64,000 bases of DNA from a virus. Its lineage: Duplodnaviria; Heunggongvirae; Uroviricota; Caudoviricetes. The notes under the pieces were generated by a model, which saw nothing but the letters and a program-made list of their open reading frames with translations, was not told where the DNA came from and did no database searches. Shown in pieces: positions 50,804 to 61,099 of the stretch (positions are counted from its first letter, which is position 1; each line of letters begins with the position of its first letter). The stretch spans positions 5,606 to 69,605 of the IMG/VR virus record IMGVR_UViG_3300029543_000205; one strand, written 5' to 3'. The translations under genes were made by a program, and so were the position numbers.

Positions 50804-51481
50804 ATGATTGATATTACAAACTGCAATAAAATCATAGTCGATACCATCGGGAAAACAGAGAAGATCATTGAATGGTATCAGCAAAATAAAGATTGGTTGG
50901 ATGCCGAAGAGTTCCGCATCCCCATCCCCTCCGCATTGGTTGAGCTGCCGGAGGAAGATATTAAATTCTATTATGAGCAGGAGGGTGTATTCGTCAGGCT
51001 GCATCTGTATATGGGTGGCGTGTATGTCTGCAATTACAGATATGATCCGAAGTCTCAGAAGATAGGCGAACTCATTTTCCCGGCTACTTTAAGTAAGGAA
51101 AAACGCAAGGCAGCTCAGATGATATTGGCTGCCGACAGAACGCCGTACAAAGAGGCATTGAAGTTCCACTCTCTCATGTGCTTCGCCACTCATTACCGCA
51201 ACTGCATTGAGGAAACTGAACAGAAAGAGAAACATATCTCCAGTAGCCATAAGAAACGCATACAGCGTTCCGGCGGTACAACTCCGCTCATCACAACGTA
51301 TCGCATTGATAACCGTCCCATTCCGGCACATCCGGGAGCAAAACGGCAATATACAAAGCCTACGGAACAGGTAAGTGTGAGAGGCTTCTACCGAACCACT
51401 AAAACAGGCAAACGTGTATGGGTTCGCCCATTCACAAAATACAACGGAAACTCTGAAAATCATAAAACATACAAAGTATAG
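50804..51481 (+). CDS. hypothetical protein (start at 50804 preferred over 50789)
   Basis: GGAGG 8 nt upstream of ATG 50804. Confidence 0.45.
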   Translation: MIDITNCNKIIVDTIGKTEKIIEWYQQNKDWLDAEEFRIPIPSALVELPEEDIKFYYEQEGVFVRLHLYMGGVYVCNYRYDPKSQKIGELIFPATLSKEKRKAAQMILAADRTPYKEALKFHSLMCFATHYRNCIEETEQKEKHISSSHKKRIQRSGGTTPLITTYRIDNRPIPAHPGAKRQYTKPTEQVSVRGFYRTTKTGKRVWVRPFTKYNGNSENHKTYKV

Positions 51482-51490
51482 GAGGACACT

Positions 51491-52696
51491 ATGAGCAATT
51501 TGAAAGTATACGCAAAAACCATTGAAGATGAAGCACTTGAACAGATCAACACTCTTCTGTCTCAGGATGCCTTTAAGGACTGCAAGGTTCGCATTATGCC
51601 GGATGTTCATGCCGGTAAAGGCTGTGTAATCGGATTTACGGCAGACCTAGGAGAAAAGGTTATCCCGAACATTGTCGGAGTAGATATTGGCTGTGGTATG
51701 CTTTGCGTGAGCATCGGACACGGAGACATTGATTTTGAAAAATTGGATAATGTCATTCGTACCTATGTCCCTAGTGGAAGAAATGTGCATGACGGTAGAG
51801 TTATGCGTTTTGGCGAATTGCAAGACCTCTACTGTTACCGCGAATTGAGAGACACCAAGCGTATTGAGCGTTCTATCGGAACTCTCGGCGGTGGGAACCA
51901 TTTCATTGAGGTTGATGTTGTTGAGGATGGATATAAGTATCTGGTTATTCATACCGGTAGCCGTAACCTCGGAAAACAGGTGGCGGACTATTACCAGAAT
52001 CTTGCCTACGAATTGATGTATGGCAAGGACGATTTGTATGAGCGTCAGGATAAGCTCATTGAGGAATACAAGGCTGCCGGAAGAAAGTCTGAGATTGAGG
52101 CTGCCTTAAAAGAATTGCGTGAGAATTTCCGTGCCACCACTCCGAAGTTTCCAAAGGATCTGTGCTACTTGGATGGAAAGTACCGGGAGCAGTATTTACA
52201 TGATATGCGTATCTGCCAGAAGTTTGCATATTTCAACCGTGTGATGATCGCGCAAATCATCTGCAATCACATGGGATGGGGAGTTGATGCTGATATGCCG
52301 GATTACTTTGAGTGCATCCACAACTATATAGACCACGATTCTAATATTGTCCGCAAGGGTGCTATCTCTGCAAAACTCGGAGAAAAGGTACTTATCCCTA
52401 TCAATATGCGTGACGGCTGTATTCTCGGAACCGGAAAGGGCAATGATGATTGGAACTGTTCTGCGCCGCATGGAGCTGGCCGGCTTATGTCCCGGAGCAA
52501 AGCAAAGGAAACTCTCTCTTTGAGCGATTATTCTGCTTCTATGTCCGGCATCTACACCACTTCCGTATCTGAGGAAACCATAGATGAAGCTCCGATGGCA
52601 TACAAACCGATTGAGGAAATCATGGACTGTATCAAAGATACCGTTGATATTCTCGCAGTATTGAAGCCGGTCTATAATTTCAAGGCGAGCGAATAA
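51491..52696 (+). CDS. rtcB: RtcB-family RNA ligase
   Basis: MPDVHAGKG, GGGNHFIE, APHGAGR hallmark motifs; 401 aa. Confidence 0.8.
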   Translation: MSNLKVYAKTIEDEALEQINTLLSQDAFKDCKVRIMPDVHAGKGCVIGFTADLGEKVIPNIVGVDIGCGMLCVSIGHGDIDFEKLDNVIRTYVPSGRNVHDGRVMRFGELQDLYCYRELRDTKRIERSIGTLGGGNHFIEVDVVEDGYKYLVIHTGSRNLGKQVADYYQNLAYELMYGKDDLYERQDKLIEEYKAAGRKSEIEAALKELRENFRATTPKFPKDLCYLDGKYREQYLHDMRICQKFAYFNRVMIAQIICNHMGWGVDADMPDYFECIHNYIDHDSNIVRKGAISAKLGEKVLIPINMRDGCILGTGKGNDDWNCSAPHGAGRLMSRSKAKETLSLSDYSASMSGIYTTSVSEETIDEAPMAYKPIEEIMDCIKDTVDILAVLKPVYNFKASE

Positions 52697-52737
52697 AGTA
52701 GCGTTATTTTATACATTGATGTATAATGTACTAAACA

Positions 52738-53433
52738 TTGAACATGGAGGATATGCCTATGAAAATGAGATATTTAGCTGTGTTGCTGTTATCTGCCGTC
52801 CTATTGGTCGGATGCGGAAACAGCACCGCAACAAAGAGTGGAAATACCGCAGTTGATACCACCGCCGAAACCGAACAAAAAGAGAACCTTGCTGATATGA
52901 TGGAAACCAAGGAATACTCATGTACGGTTGATGATTCATTCATGTATTACGTTATGTATGTTACGAACAATTCCGATAAGGTTGTCAGCATTGATTTGAA
53001 CGTGACCGCACTCGATTCTTCCGGCGGTATGGTTGGTTCTTCCAGTGACGGCACAAAGGCTGTTGCTCCCGGTCAGACTGCCGGGATATGGACCACATTC
53101 GATGAATGGGATAAAATAAGCAGCTTCGATTATACGATGTCCGTAAATGAGGAAAAGAACTTCTCTCCGGTATATGATGATCTTTCGATTGATTACAACA
53201 CGACCGATGCAGGCATTGTTGCATCTGTCACGAACAACGGGGACTCTCCTGCGGATTTCGTGTGGATGGATGTAGTGTATCTAAAAGATGGGGAGATGGT
53301 AAATTTCAGTGAATTGTCTTTCATGGACGATAACCAGGAATTGCAGCCGGGAACAACGCTCTCCGATGAGGGGACTTGCTACTCCGATTCTGGTTTTGAT
53401 GATGTAGTGATTGCCATAAATGGCAGAAAATGA
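52738..53433 (+). CDS. lipoprotein (likely start MKMRYLAV at ~52759)
   Basis: Signal peptide plus lipobox LLVGCGNS. Confidence 0.55.
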   Translation: MNMEDMPMKMRYLAVLLLSAVLLVGCGNSTATKSGNTAVDTTAETEQKENLADMMETKEYSCTVDDSFMYYVMYVTNNSDKVVSIDLNVTALDSSGGMVGSSSDGTKAVAPGQTAGIWTTFDEWDKISSFDYTMSVNEEKNFSPVYDDLSIDYNTTDAGIVASVTNNGDSPADFVWMDVVYLKDGEMVNFSELSFMDDNQELQPGTTLSDEGTCYSDSGFDDVVIAINGRK

Positions 53434-53436
53434 TTT

Positions 53437-53463
53437 AAGGCAGAGGTTTTATTCCTCTGCCTT
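53437..53463. terminator. bidirectional intrinsic terminator hairpin
   Basis: AAGGCAGAGG-TTTTATT-CCTCTGCCTT followed by TTTCT; sits between convergent genes. Confidence 0.5.
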
Positions 53464-54072
53464 TTCTATGAGTTCCCATGCCTTTTCATCGCCAAATTCT
53501 TTCCTTACGGCTTTCCATAATCTGAGGTACTTCTTGGATTGTCTGTCCCTTTCAGTCCTTGCCTTGTCAATCTGACTTCTGAGACGGCTTATATACTGCT
53601 CATCCTCCGTCTGTATTAGCTTATCAGAATCCCGATACAGTGAACGAATCATACTATCTTTGAGCATATCCACCCACGGAGTATATACCTCTGTACTTCG
53701 CCCATTGACTGAACGGCGCATTTTATACTCTCTGCCGGATAAATCCTGTTTCTTTGCTTTCTTAGCACAGTAATCTCCGATATAGACACCAATCCAGTCC
53801 GGTATTTCTTCCTCGACCTGATTGTATAATTCCCTTGTGAGAACATAATAGTTGTAATGGCCTACAAACGATTTGACTGCTGCACTATGGAAGTCTGCTT
53901 TTGATACTTTGACCTCATAGCATCGAAAAATGCCCTTGGTGTCATAAGTCATGTAATCGACTCTTTCTCTTCCGCAAAATCCGATTGTTACCTCATAGCA
54001 GCCAAATACACCGGTTTTTCTTGTGGCTCGTCTGATTGCCTTTTCCAATGCCACGGTTTCCGCTGTTTTCAT
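53449..54072 (-). CDS. hypothetical protein, possible PD-(D/E)xK nuclease-like
   Basis: VDYMTYD...IFRCYEVKVSKADF resembles D-x(n)-E-x-K core; weak. Confidence 0.3.
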   Translation of the reverse strand: MKTAETVALEKAIRRATRKTGVFGCYEVTIGFCGRERVDYMTYDTKGIFRCYEVKVSKADFHSAAVKSFVGHYNYYVLTRELYNQVEEEIPDWIGVYIGDYCAKKAKKQDLSGREYKMRRSVNGRSTEVYTPWVDMLKDSMIRSLYRDSDKLIQTEDEQYISRLRSQIDKARTERDRQSKKYLRLWKAVRKEFGDEKAWELIEKAEE

Positions 54073-54455
54073 TTCAGATCCTCGATTGAGAATACAAGGC
54101 CTACGCAGTAAATCTCTCCATCTTCCCAGATGTCAAAGTGTTCGCAAGGAATATCTGTTTTGTAAGTCCATGTTGCCGGAAGTCCGTCTCTGTTCATACC
54201 ATCACACCAGACAGCATCTATCCAGTTTGCACGTTCTTCCCCCTCCTGATCTACACCGTCTCTGTCAAAGTACACTCTTCCTCCATCGAAGCAACCGCCC
54301 TCATCATAGATTGCACCATCAAACTCCATGAGATCGTCCGATGCGCCGTAAACAATAACCAGGCCGCTTTCCTTTGCTTCCTGCTTTACATCGTCAAAAC
54401 TGTCTCCGTATGCTCTTCCATTGAGCTTGTCTGCTAATTCTTTTGCTGTAATCAT
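54069..54455 (-). CDS. hypothetical acidic protein
   Basis: 128-aa ORF. Confidence 0.35.
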   Translation of the reverse strand: MITAKELADKLNGRAYGDSFDDVKQEAKESGLVIVYGASDDLMEFDGAIYDEGGCFDGGRVYFDRDGVDQEGEERANWIDAVWCDGMNRDGLPATWTYKTDIPCEHFDIWEDGEIYCVGLVFSIEDLK

Positions 54456-55802
54456 CGCATATCCTCCTTAATCTGTATATACCACTATTCTCTGTCCCTC
54501 CATTCTGTAACCAAAACAGAGGTTTCCACCGTCTGCTATGATTGCACAGTCATGGTCAGACAGATTATTCACGTTTCCGATAATCTCATAATATTTGCAG
54601 GCATATCCGCTGTCTCCGCTCATTATCACGGTTTTCTCTGCTAGGATCTTCTCTTTCTGTTCATCTGCCATAGACTCCCACTCATATCCAAATATCACTA
54701 TCGCCTTATCCTTTATCTTCTCATATTCCTCATACCATGTTTTTATCATTGGCTAATCCACTCCTTGTAGCAAATCCCATTGTTACCGTTAAATTTCATA
54801 TATGGATTTATCAGAGGACTTCTAAAAATGTCAATTTCTCTTCCATTGAGCATAAATTTGAATGAGATACTGTTGTATGTTCCTTTTACCCCTACCAGCT
54901 CCACGCTCGTATTGCTCTGCCCCATCATAATATCCTCTACATCATATTCAGTTCCGATTTCCAATCCGTCCTCTTCTTTGATGGCTACTGCCTTGATTGG
55001 TATGTGATTCTGTACACGCATAACTTACTCCTTTCTCTCATATTTGCATTTTGGAAAATGAGTTCCAACATCAAGGAACATATCGAGAATGATCTTTCCT
55101 GTTTCTCCACAGAAATTTATATGTCCTGCGTCTGTCTGCTTTACAATCAGCTTTTTGCAGTTAAGACAACAAGCCTTTTCGTTCCGTTCCTCAAATATTT
55201 GTAGTGGTGTCTTTTTCATCCTTGATCCCTTTCTATCTGAAATGCTCCATGATTTTGCAGATTGTGGCATCTCCAACACCTTTGATTTTTGAGATTTCTT
55301 TCAGAAACTCGTTGACCGTTATTCCGGTAACCGATTTCTTTCCCTGATTAAATCCCTCGCTCCTGGCTTTTTCCACTCTGTCATTGACATACTGCACCAA
55401 CTGTTCATCAGTCATTTTGCGGATTTTAACCGCTTTTTCATGTACCTTATCTTCATTTACTGTTCTGCGGCAGCTTCTCTTCTTTGCCATTGCAATCCTC
55501 CTATCTCATGTATGTTTCAACGATGCACGCATCGTCCTCTGGTGTCCTCGGGAACTTAAAAATAAATCCGGCTGACATTACATCATCTTCGCATCTTTTA
55601 AGGTTTTCATATTCGCAGTAAACATTCGTTGGCCGATTCTTCTCTCCGTCCCACACTCTTGCCACCACTTTTCCCGGAAAGTCTTTCGGGCTGTCATATA
55701 TCACTACTAGCGGCACTTTTATATCTGAATAGTCCACCAGATTAAGTGTCGGTACTCTCTTATACAACGGCGTGTTCTGCTTTGCTAATTTCTTCTGTTT
55801 GT

Positions 55803-56435
55803 TCACTCCCATACCTCCTGTAATTCCACATGGAATGATTTCAATAATTCATCGTCCATATTTGACATAAATGTTCTGTACGATATATCAGGTTTATTTT
55901 CCATAAACCACTCTACCGCCTTTTGATTTCTGGCTGTTCTGGCAGATAGATTTCTCCAATTATCCTGATACCGAACCCTTTTCAATTCTCCGTACCATAC
56001 AAGAAATCGTTCTCTCGTGCCGTTCCGGTCAATCCTCATAGGCACATACGGATCAATAATCTTATAGTCTATCCGGCAGACTGCTGTTGGAACTGCCATA
56101 ACCCACATTTCTCCTGTGGCAACGGCATCCGGCACTTTATCCGCTATTTGCTCCGGCATGAGGATAGCATCACTCTCTATGTAATACGCATGGATAACAA
56201 CCGGTACACCAATCCTCGCCATGTTGTACACTACTGTTCCGCCTTGCGGCATCGCTTGGATTGCACTTAATACATTCGGTGCTGCGCATATTCTCGGAGT
56301 GGTGTTGTCCTCATTGGGGCAAATCTGTTTCGGTATTCTCGGTATGAACTTTTCCACTTCATCAAATGAAACGTGAACCAATTTACTGTTGTTTCTTTTT
56401 CCTCTTTGCTTCATCCTTTTTCCGTTGGCGTTCAT
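55803..56435 (-). CDS. hypothetical protein
   Basis: 210-aa ORF. Confidence 0.35.
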   Translation of the reverse strand: MNANGKRMKQRGKRNNSKLVHVSFDEVEKFIPRIPKQICPNEDNTTPRICAAPNVLSAIQAMPQGGTVVYNMARIGVPVVIHAYYIESDAILMPEQIADKVPDAVATGEMWVMAVPTAVCRIDYKIIDPYVPMRIDRNGTRERFLVWYGELKRVRYQDNWRNLSARTARNQKAVEWFMENKPDISYRTFMSNMDDELLKSFHVELQEVWE

Positions 56436-56587
56436 CCCAGTAGGGATGTTCCAACCTTTCTAGTCCAGTGCATCCTATCTGCAGGCACTTATGGACTTTC
56501 ATTTGCTTCGTTGATAGATACCCTTTATGTGTTTTGCAGTACGCTACCGGCGATTTAACCATATTTTTATCAATGCTCCGAAATAAA

Positions 56588-57403
56588 TCAGGCATGGATA
56601 AGAGCTTTCGGGAACTCTTGAATGAGTTCTTCGCCCCAAATGTCCGTGAGGCTTGGTTTCATAAATACCGGTATGTTGTACTTTCTGCACTGTTCAACAA
56701 TATTTTCTATCCATTCTCGTCTTGGTATGACTTTATCTTTTCTGCTGCCAGTCTCCGCTCCTACGATGATCCACTCCGGGATGTATGATTTCTCACTCAG
56801 CTCTCCAAAGTCTGCCAGTATAGGCTCTACTGACAAAAACGTATGGAACTCATAGTGTCCGTCCTGTCCCATATACTCCGTATCTGGATCTGTGACTGTC
56901 GTTCCGTACCACATATTATCTCTGAGTGGTAATTCTCCGTAATGATGCAGCTCAATATATCTTCCGGGATTCTTCGTGAGGAAGAGGTAATTATGCTGCG
57001 GAGCTTTCTCACAAGCATTAAACACTTCCCTGATCCATCTATCAGGAACCCACTCTCCAAACACATCCGACATTGATCCGACAAAGATATTTCTCTGCCT
57101 CTTTTTGTCTCTGTATTCTCCCATGCGGTATCTGTGTATTGTCGGTACAAATCCGTGTGGATAAGCACATCTGTACTGTTTCCCGGTCTCATCGTCCACA
57201 TAATACGGCTGCTCATTGATTTCGTAGACTTTTGAGCCATCATCTCTCGTAAGTTTGTACGTTTCCGGCTCTACCAGATGGCAGCCTTTTCTTGATACAA
57301 ACCGGTTAGCAATACCTCTTGCATAACAATAAGGGCATTTGTGACGGCAACCTGTTATGGGATTCCATGTGCTGTCAGCCCATTCTATCTTTGTTTTATC
57401 CAT
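56588..57403 (-). CDS. phage Gp37/Gp68-family protein (DUF5131)
   Basis: N-terminal MDKTKIEWADSTWNPITGCRHKCPYC signature. Confidence 0.6.
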   Translation of the reverse strand: MDKTKIEWADSTWNPITGCRHKCPYCYARGIANRFVSRKGCHLVEPETYKLTRDDGSKVYEINEQPYYVDDETGKQYRCAYPHGFVPTIHRYRMGEYRDKKRQRNIFVGSMSDVFGEWVPDRWIREVFNACEKAPQHNYLFLTKNPGRYIELHHYGELPLRDNMWYGTTVTDPDTEYMGQDGHYEFHTFLSVEPILADFGELSEKSYIPEWIIVGAETGSRKDKVIPRREWIENIVEQCRKYNIPVFMKPSLTDIWGEELIQEFPKALIHA

Positions 57404-57552
57404 TGCGTTTCCTCCTGACGTACTTCCCTACATGATTGACGTAGCCGCAATAACAACATCTCACATCATCTCTGAGGCGGCTCTTATAAATCTGATTCCC
57501 ACAGCATCCACAGTCAAATTCTTTCGGGTTTACTTTATTTTTCTTCATTCTC

Positions 57553-58113
57553 CTATCGCTCCTTTGGAAATAATTTGCCGTCAAACCATTCCGGTTCCCG
57601 GCGGACTTTGAAATACTTGTACTTCGGATCATCGCTTATACTCACAGCCAAAATCCAGTTGTCGATCATGCTCATTTTTTTAATCCAAACAGGTATCTCG
57701 AATCCATCGCATTTCAATATCCACTCGCTGCCAACTGGGTATTTAATAACTGTGTCATTCGCAAGATCCGGTTCTGCAAAATAAGGAATACCATAGTCCT
57801 CTCTGTTTCCTGCATTATCATCAATGTAACAGGTGGCACATATTTTTCTGGTATTGTTTCCAAACTTTTCTACCAACTCAGGCAGATTGTCATTGACTGC
57901 ATCAAACTCTAATCCGTACTGTTTGCACCACTCCACTGCTTTCTGCGTCTGTTCCTCATTCCGGCACGTCCAGAGGATGAGTTTTGTTCCGTTTTCTCTT
58001 TTGCGAATAAGGTAGCTTATCAATTTCTTATTCGGTGGTCCTATTTCCGGCCATCTGTTCTCGCAGAGTGTTCCGTCAAAATCTACCGCATATATCTCTG
58101 TCGAACTGCTCAT
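57553..58113 (-). CDS. HAD-superfamily phosphatase (Pnk 3'-phosphatase-like)
   Basis: AVDFDGTLC DxDGT motif I. Confidence 0.5.
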   Translation of the reverse strand: MSSSTEIYAVDFDGTLCENRWPEIGPPNKKLISYLIRKRENGTKLILWTCRNEEQTQKAVEWCKQYGLEFDAVNDNLPELVEKFGNNTRKICATCYIDDNAGNREDYGIPYFAEPDLANDTVIKYPVGSEWILKCDGFEIPVWIKKMSMIDNWILAVSISDDPKYKYFKVRREPEWFDGKLFPKER

Positions 58114-58400
58114 CAGCTAAATAACCTCCCATCTTCGTAAAAATCTTTTTCTTGCAACAACAGTTTCGCAATTATCGGTCGCTCTTAATACCCCCTCTTC
58201 ATATCCTTGAAATGCCTCTGGATTGAATGTAATTGTTGCGCCTGGGATGAGCATTTTGCTTAATCTTTCAGCTTTCGGTATCTTTTCTCCCAAAATAGTT
58301 CCGCAATTACATATCTCCACAATTCCGTTGGGGTATATTTTTTGACAAGTTTTGCATCTGCAAACCTTTTTTACCCTCATGTTTCTCCTCCTATTATCTA

Positions 58401-59099
58401 TTATCTGTTATCGTTCCTTTCCATTCCCAAATCAAATAGTGATAATTGTGCTCTTTCTCTTTCTAACCTTGTATTTGAGACCTCATACATCTCGGTATCT
58501 ATCTCAAACCCTACAAACTTCACACCGTTTCTATGGTATGCTATGAGGCTTGATGCACTTCCTACATGGGTATCAAGTACCGGTCCTGTTATCCCGAATG
58601 TCCGCAAAAGATATTCGTATAATGCAATCGGTTTCTGTGTTGGGTGTATCTTTTTCTCTGTATTTGCCCCACCGGTGTTAGAATATCTGAACAGCTTTGC
58701 AGGCAAATCGTATGAAGTCCATGCCATCTCCACTTGTGAGAACGCTTCCCATGGCTGTACCTTGTCCCACACAACAAAACATTTTGTCGGTGGCAATCGG
58801 AAATAGTTGCCGCCCCATATAATTTGATTCTTCGATACCCGGAGCAGTTCTTTGAAATAATCTTCCTCAGGAGGTTCGTTATCCCATTGTCCTGCTCCTT
58901 TGCTTCGCTTTATCCGTGAAGCTGTACTTTCTGCCGGGTAGCCATTCTTTGACCGGCTCTTATTGGTTCCCATTGCCATGTTTGGCGCATTGATACCGTA
59001 TGGAGGATCCACGATAGCAACCTCAAAATATTTATCAGGAAATCGTCTCATTCCCTCCATGCAGTCCATGTTCCAGTAACCATAGTCTAATTTATCCAC
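58401..59099 (-). CDS. DNA methyltransferase (N6-adenine/N4-cytosine, beta class)
   Basis: Motif IV VDPPYG N-terminal, motif I LDTHVGSASS C-terminal. Confidence 0.7.
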   Translation of the reverse strand: MDKLDYGYWNMDCMEGMRRFPDKYFEVAIVDPPYGINAPNMAMGTNKSRSKNGYPAESTASRIKRSKGAGQWDNEPPEEDYFKELLRVSKNQIIWGGNYFRLPPTKCFVVWDKVQPWEAFSQVEMAWTSYDLPAKLFRYSNTGGANTEKKIHPTQKPIALYEYLLRTFGITGPVLDTHVGSASSLIAYHRNGVKFVGFEIDTEMYEVSNTRLERERAQLSLFDLGMERNDNR

Positions 59100-59691
59100 T
59101 TAATGATGCTCACTCCCTCGTAACCTTTCTCAAACTCGTACCATGCGTATGCTACTGCACTACCGCCTCCGGCTTTCATTTCTTCAAAATTTCCGTTCTT
59201 GGCACATAAGATTCTGCTTCGAGATACATATACACATTTCGGAGGGTATTTCTTGAACAGTTCTCCCCTTGCCTTTCCCTCTAAGAACTGCAATTTGAGG
59301 AACATAAATACCTTTCTTCCGTCCGGTATCACATTCATAGCGTGTTCAACAAATTCTTTCGCGTATTTATATGGCGGATTCGTGATAATGTCTCCGTCCC
59401 ATATCTCATCAGTCTGCAGAAAATCTACGCCACCCTGTCCGTAACCTCTGTCGATAAGGTCTGTGCTCCGCACATCATACCCACGCTCTTTGAGTTTTTC
59501 AGATAAATGTCCTTGTCCTGCTGCGCACTCCCACACTTTTTGGCTGAGTACCGCCCCCCCGATAAGAGTGCGTCTATTGCGATAGGATCTGTTGCGTAGT
59601 AATCATTTGTTTCCCTTTCTTTGTCTGTATGGTTTGAAGCACCAAGGGTTGTGAAGATGCTTTTACCATTTCCGGTCCAATCTTTTCCCAT
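59087..59691 (-). pseudogene. phage N6-adenine DNA methyltransferase interrupted at a G7 tract (phase-OFF); two ORF fragments
   Basis: N-terminal fragment NDYYATDPIAIDALL..SGG (59425-59817) and C-terminal fragment WECAAGQGHL...IITNPPYK (59087-59536); plus C7 at 59554-59560; +1 G restores one frame. Confidence 0.5.
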
Positions 59692-59695
59692 ATAT

Positions 59696-60233
59696 TCATC
59701 CTTTCTGAATTTCTTCAAATACAATTTTCTGTGGCAATACTCCGTGGCAGACATAAACACTGCTAAACGGAGGATTGAGTGACGGTTTCTGTTCTTCGTA
59801 ACTCTTGAAATATGCAACTCTTCGGTTCATATACATAATCTCAAATTCGTGGTCTCTGAACATTTCAAACCGTCTCTGGCTTTCAAACAATCCAACCACT
59901 CCAACAAGCATTGCAAACGGTTTATCTAGGTCAAATAATCTCTCTATCACTTCTGTTTTCATAGAGTAAGGCGGATTACTTATGATGTAATCGCACCATT
60001 GCACCATTTCTCCTTGTTTCTGATACTGGAAGAAATCGTCTCCGTACTTTATGTGGGTTGCTTTTACGTCATACCCCCCCCCGATTGAAATTTTTGACAA
60101 ACAGGCTGTCCTCTGTATCAAAAGGACACCATATCTTTGCCCCTTTCGGAATGTATTTCATAATCGGTGCAACTGCGTAATCAGGTGTATAGAACTCGTC
60201 ATTGCCGCTTCCGGCCACTTTATCCATTTTCAT
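59696..60233 (-). pseudogene. paralogous phage N6-adenine DNA methyltransferase interrupted at a G9 tract; two ORF fragments
   Basis: N-terminal fragment NDEFYTPDYAVAPIM...NFNRGG (60069-60302), TGA right after tract; C-terminal fragment GGGYDVKATH...IISNPPYS (59696-60121); plus C9 60074-60082; -1 G fuses frames. Confidence 0.5.
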
Positions 60234-60250
60234 GTTTCTTGTCCTTTCCT

Positions 60251-60823
60251 CTACAAATATCCAAATCTGTAACCATATATAGATTCCAATTCTCCCCGGC
60301 ACACCTTACCCACTGAGTTCGGCGGAAGATCGTACTGCCGTTCTGCTTCCCGGCATGAGAAAAATATCTCTTCCTCATCCCCTATACAGATAACCATGCG
60401 ATGTTTCCCCGGCTTGTCCCTGCGGTTTCCGCACTGTACTCTTTTATCAGCCCATCTCAGGTTGTATATGCTGTTGTCGAACCTCTCTCTGTTGTTTATA
60501 TGGTCTACTGTGTCATACCGCCGTCTGTTACCCATGTAGAACGTCTGCATAACTATCTGGTGTCTCTTAAATCGCACTTGGTTTCCGTCTGTATCTGTGA
60601 ACATACTGGAAATATCGTATTTATCTCCGTATGCCATATTGCAGAGGATCCCATTCCGTATGAGCCTACCAAATGATGATATGTAACACTCCATGTTGAA
60701 GTCATGCACGCTCTTTACTTCCAAATTCTCATCAAACTTAACAAGCCGTGTGACTTTTCTCCATGTTTCTTCCTTGTCCGGGTACTTCCGGCGGATATAC
60801 TCAAAAGTTTCTGTTTCTCTCAT
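60251..60823 (-). CDS. HNH homing-endonuclease-like protein
   Basis: VDHINNRERFDNSIYNLRWADKRVQ HNH_3 motif. Confidence 0.6.
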   Translation of the reverse strand: MRETETFEYIRRKYPDKEETWRKVTRLVKFDENLEVKSVHDFNMECYISSFGRLIRNGILCNMAYGDKYDISSMFTDTDGNQVRFKRHQIVMQTFYMGNRRRYDTVDHINNRERFDNSIYNLRWADKRVQCGNRRDKPGKHRMVICIGDEEEIFFSCREAERQYDLPPNSVGKVCRGELESIYGYRFGYL

Positions 60824-61099
60824 ACTCTCTCAAACGTGTAGATTGAATTTCTGGTTGTTACCTCAATGTATTTTCCTCTATCCTCGGTCTTGAATCCGAT
60901 AACTGTACTCGTAACAATCATGCCGACATACGGTGTTCCATCCGGCTGAGCCAACCATTCAATCATCATGGCATCTCCGTTTCTTGGAGTGGGTTTCTTG
61001 CACATTCTCCCTACTCTGAGAGGGTATCTGCCCTCAATTCTCGGATTGCCTTTTCTGTCTGTAATTGATACAACTCTATAAGTTTCCATGGCAACCTCC

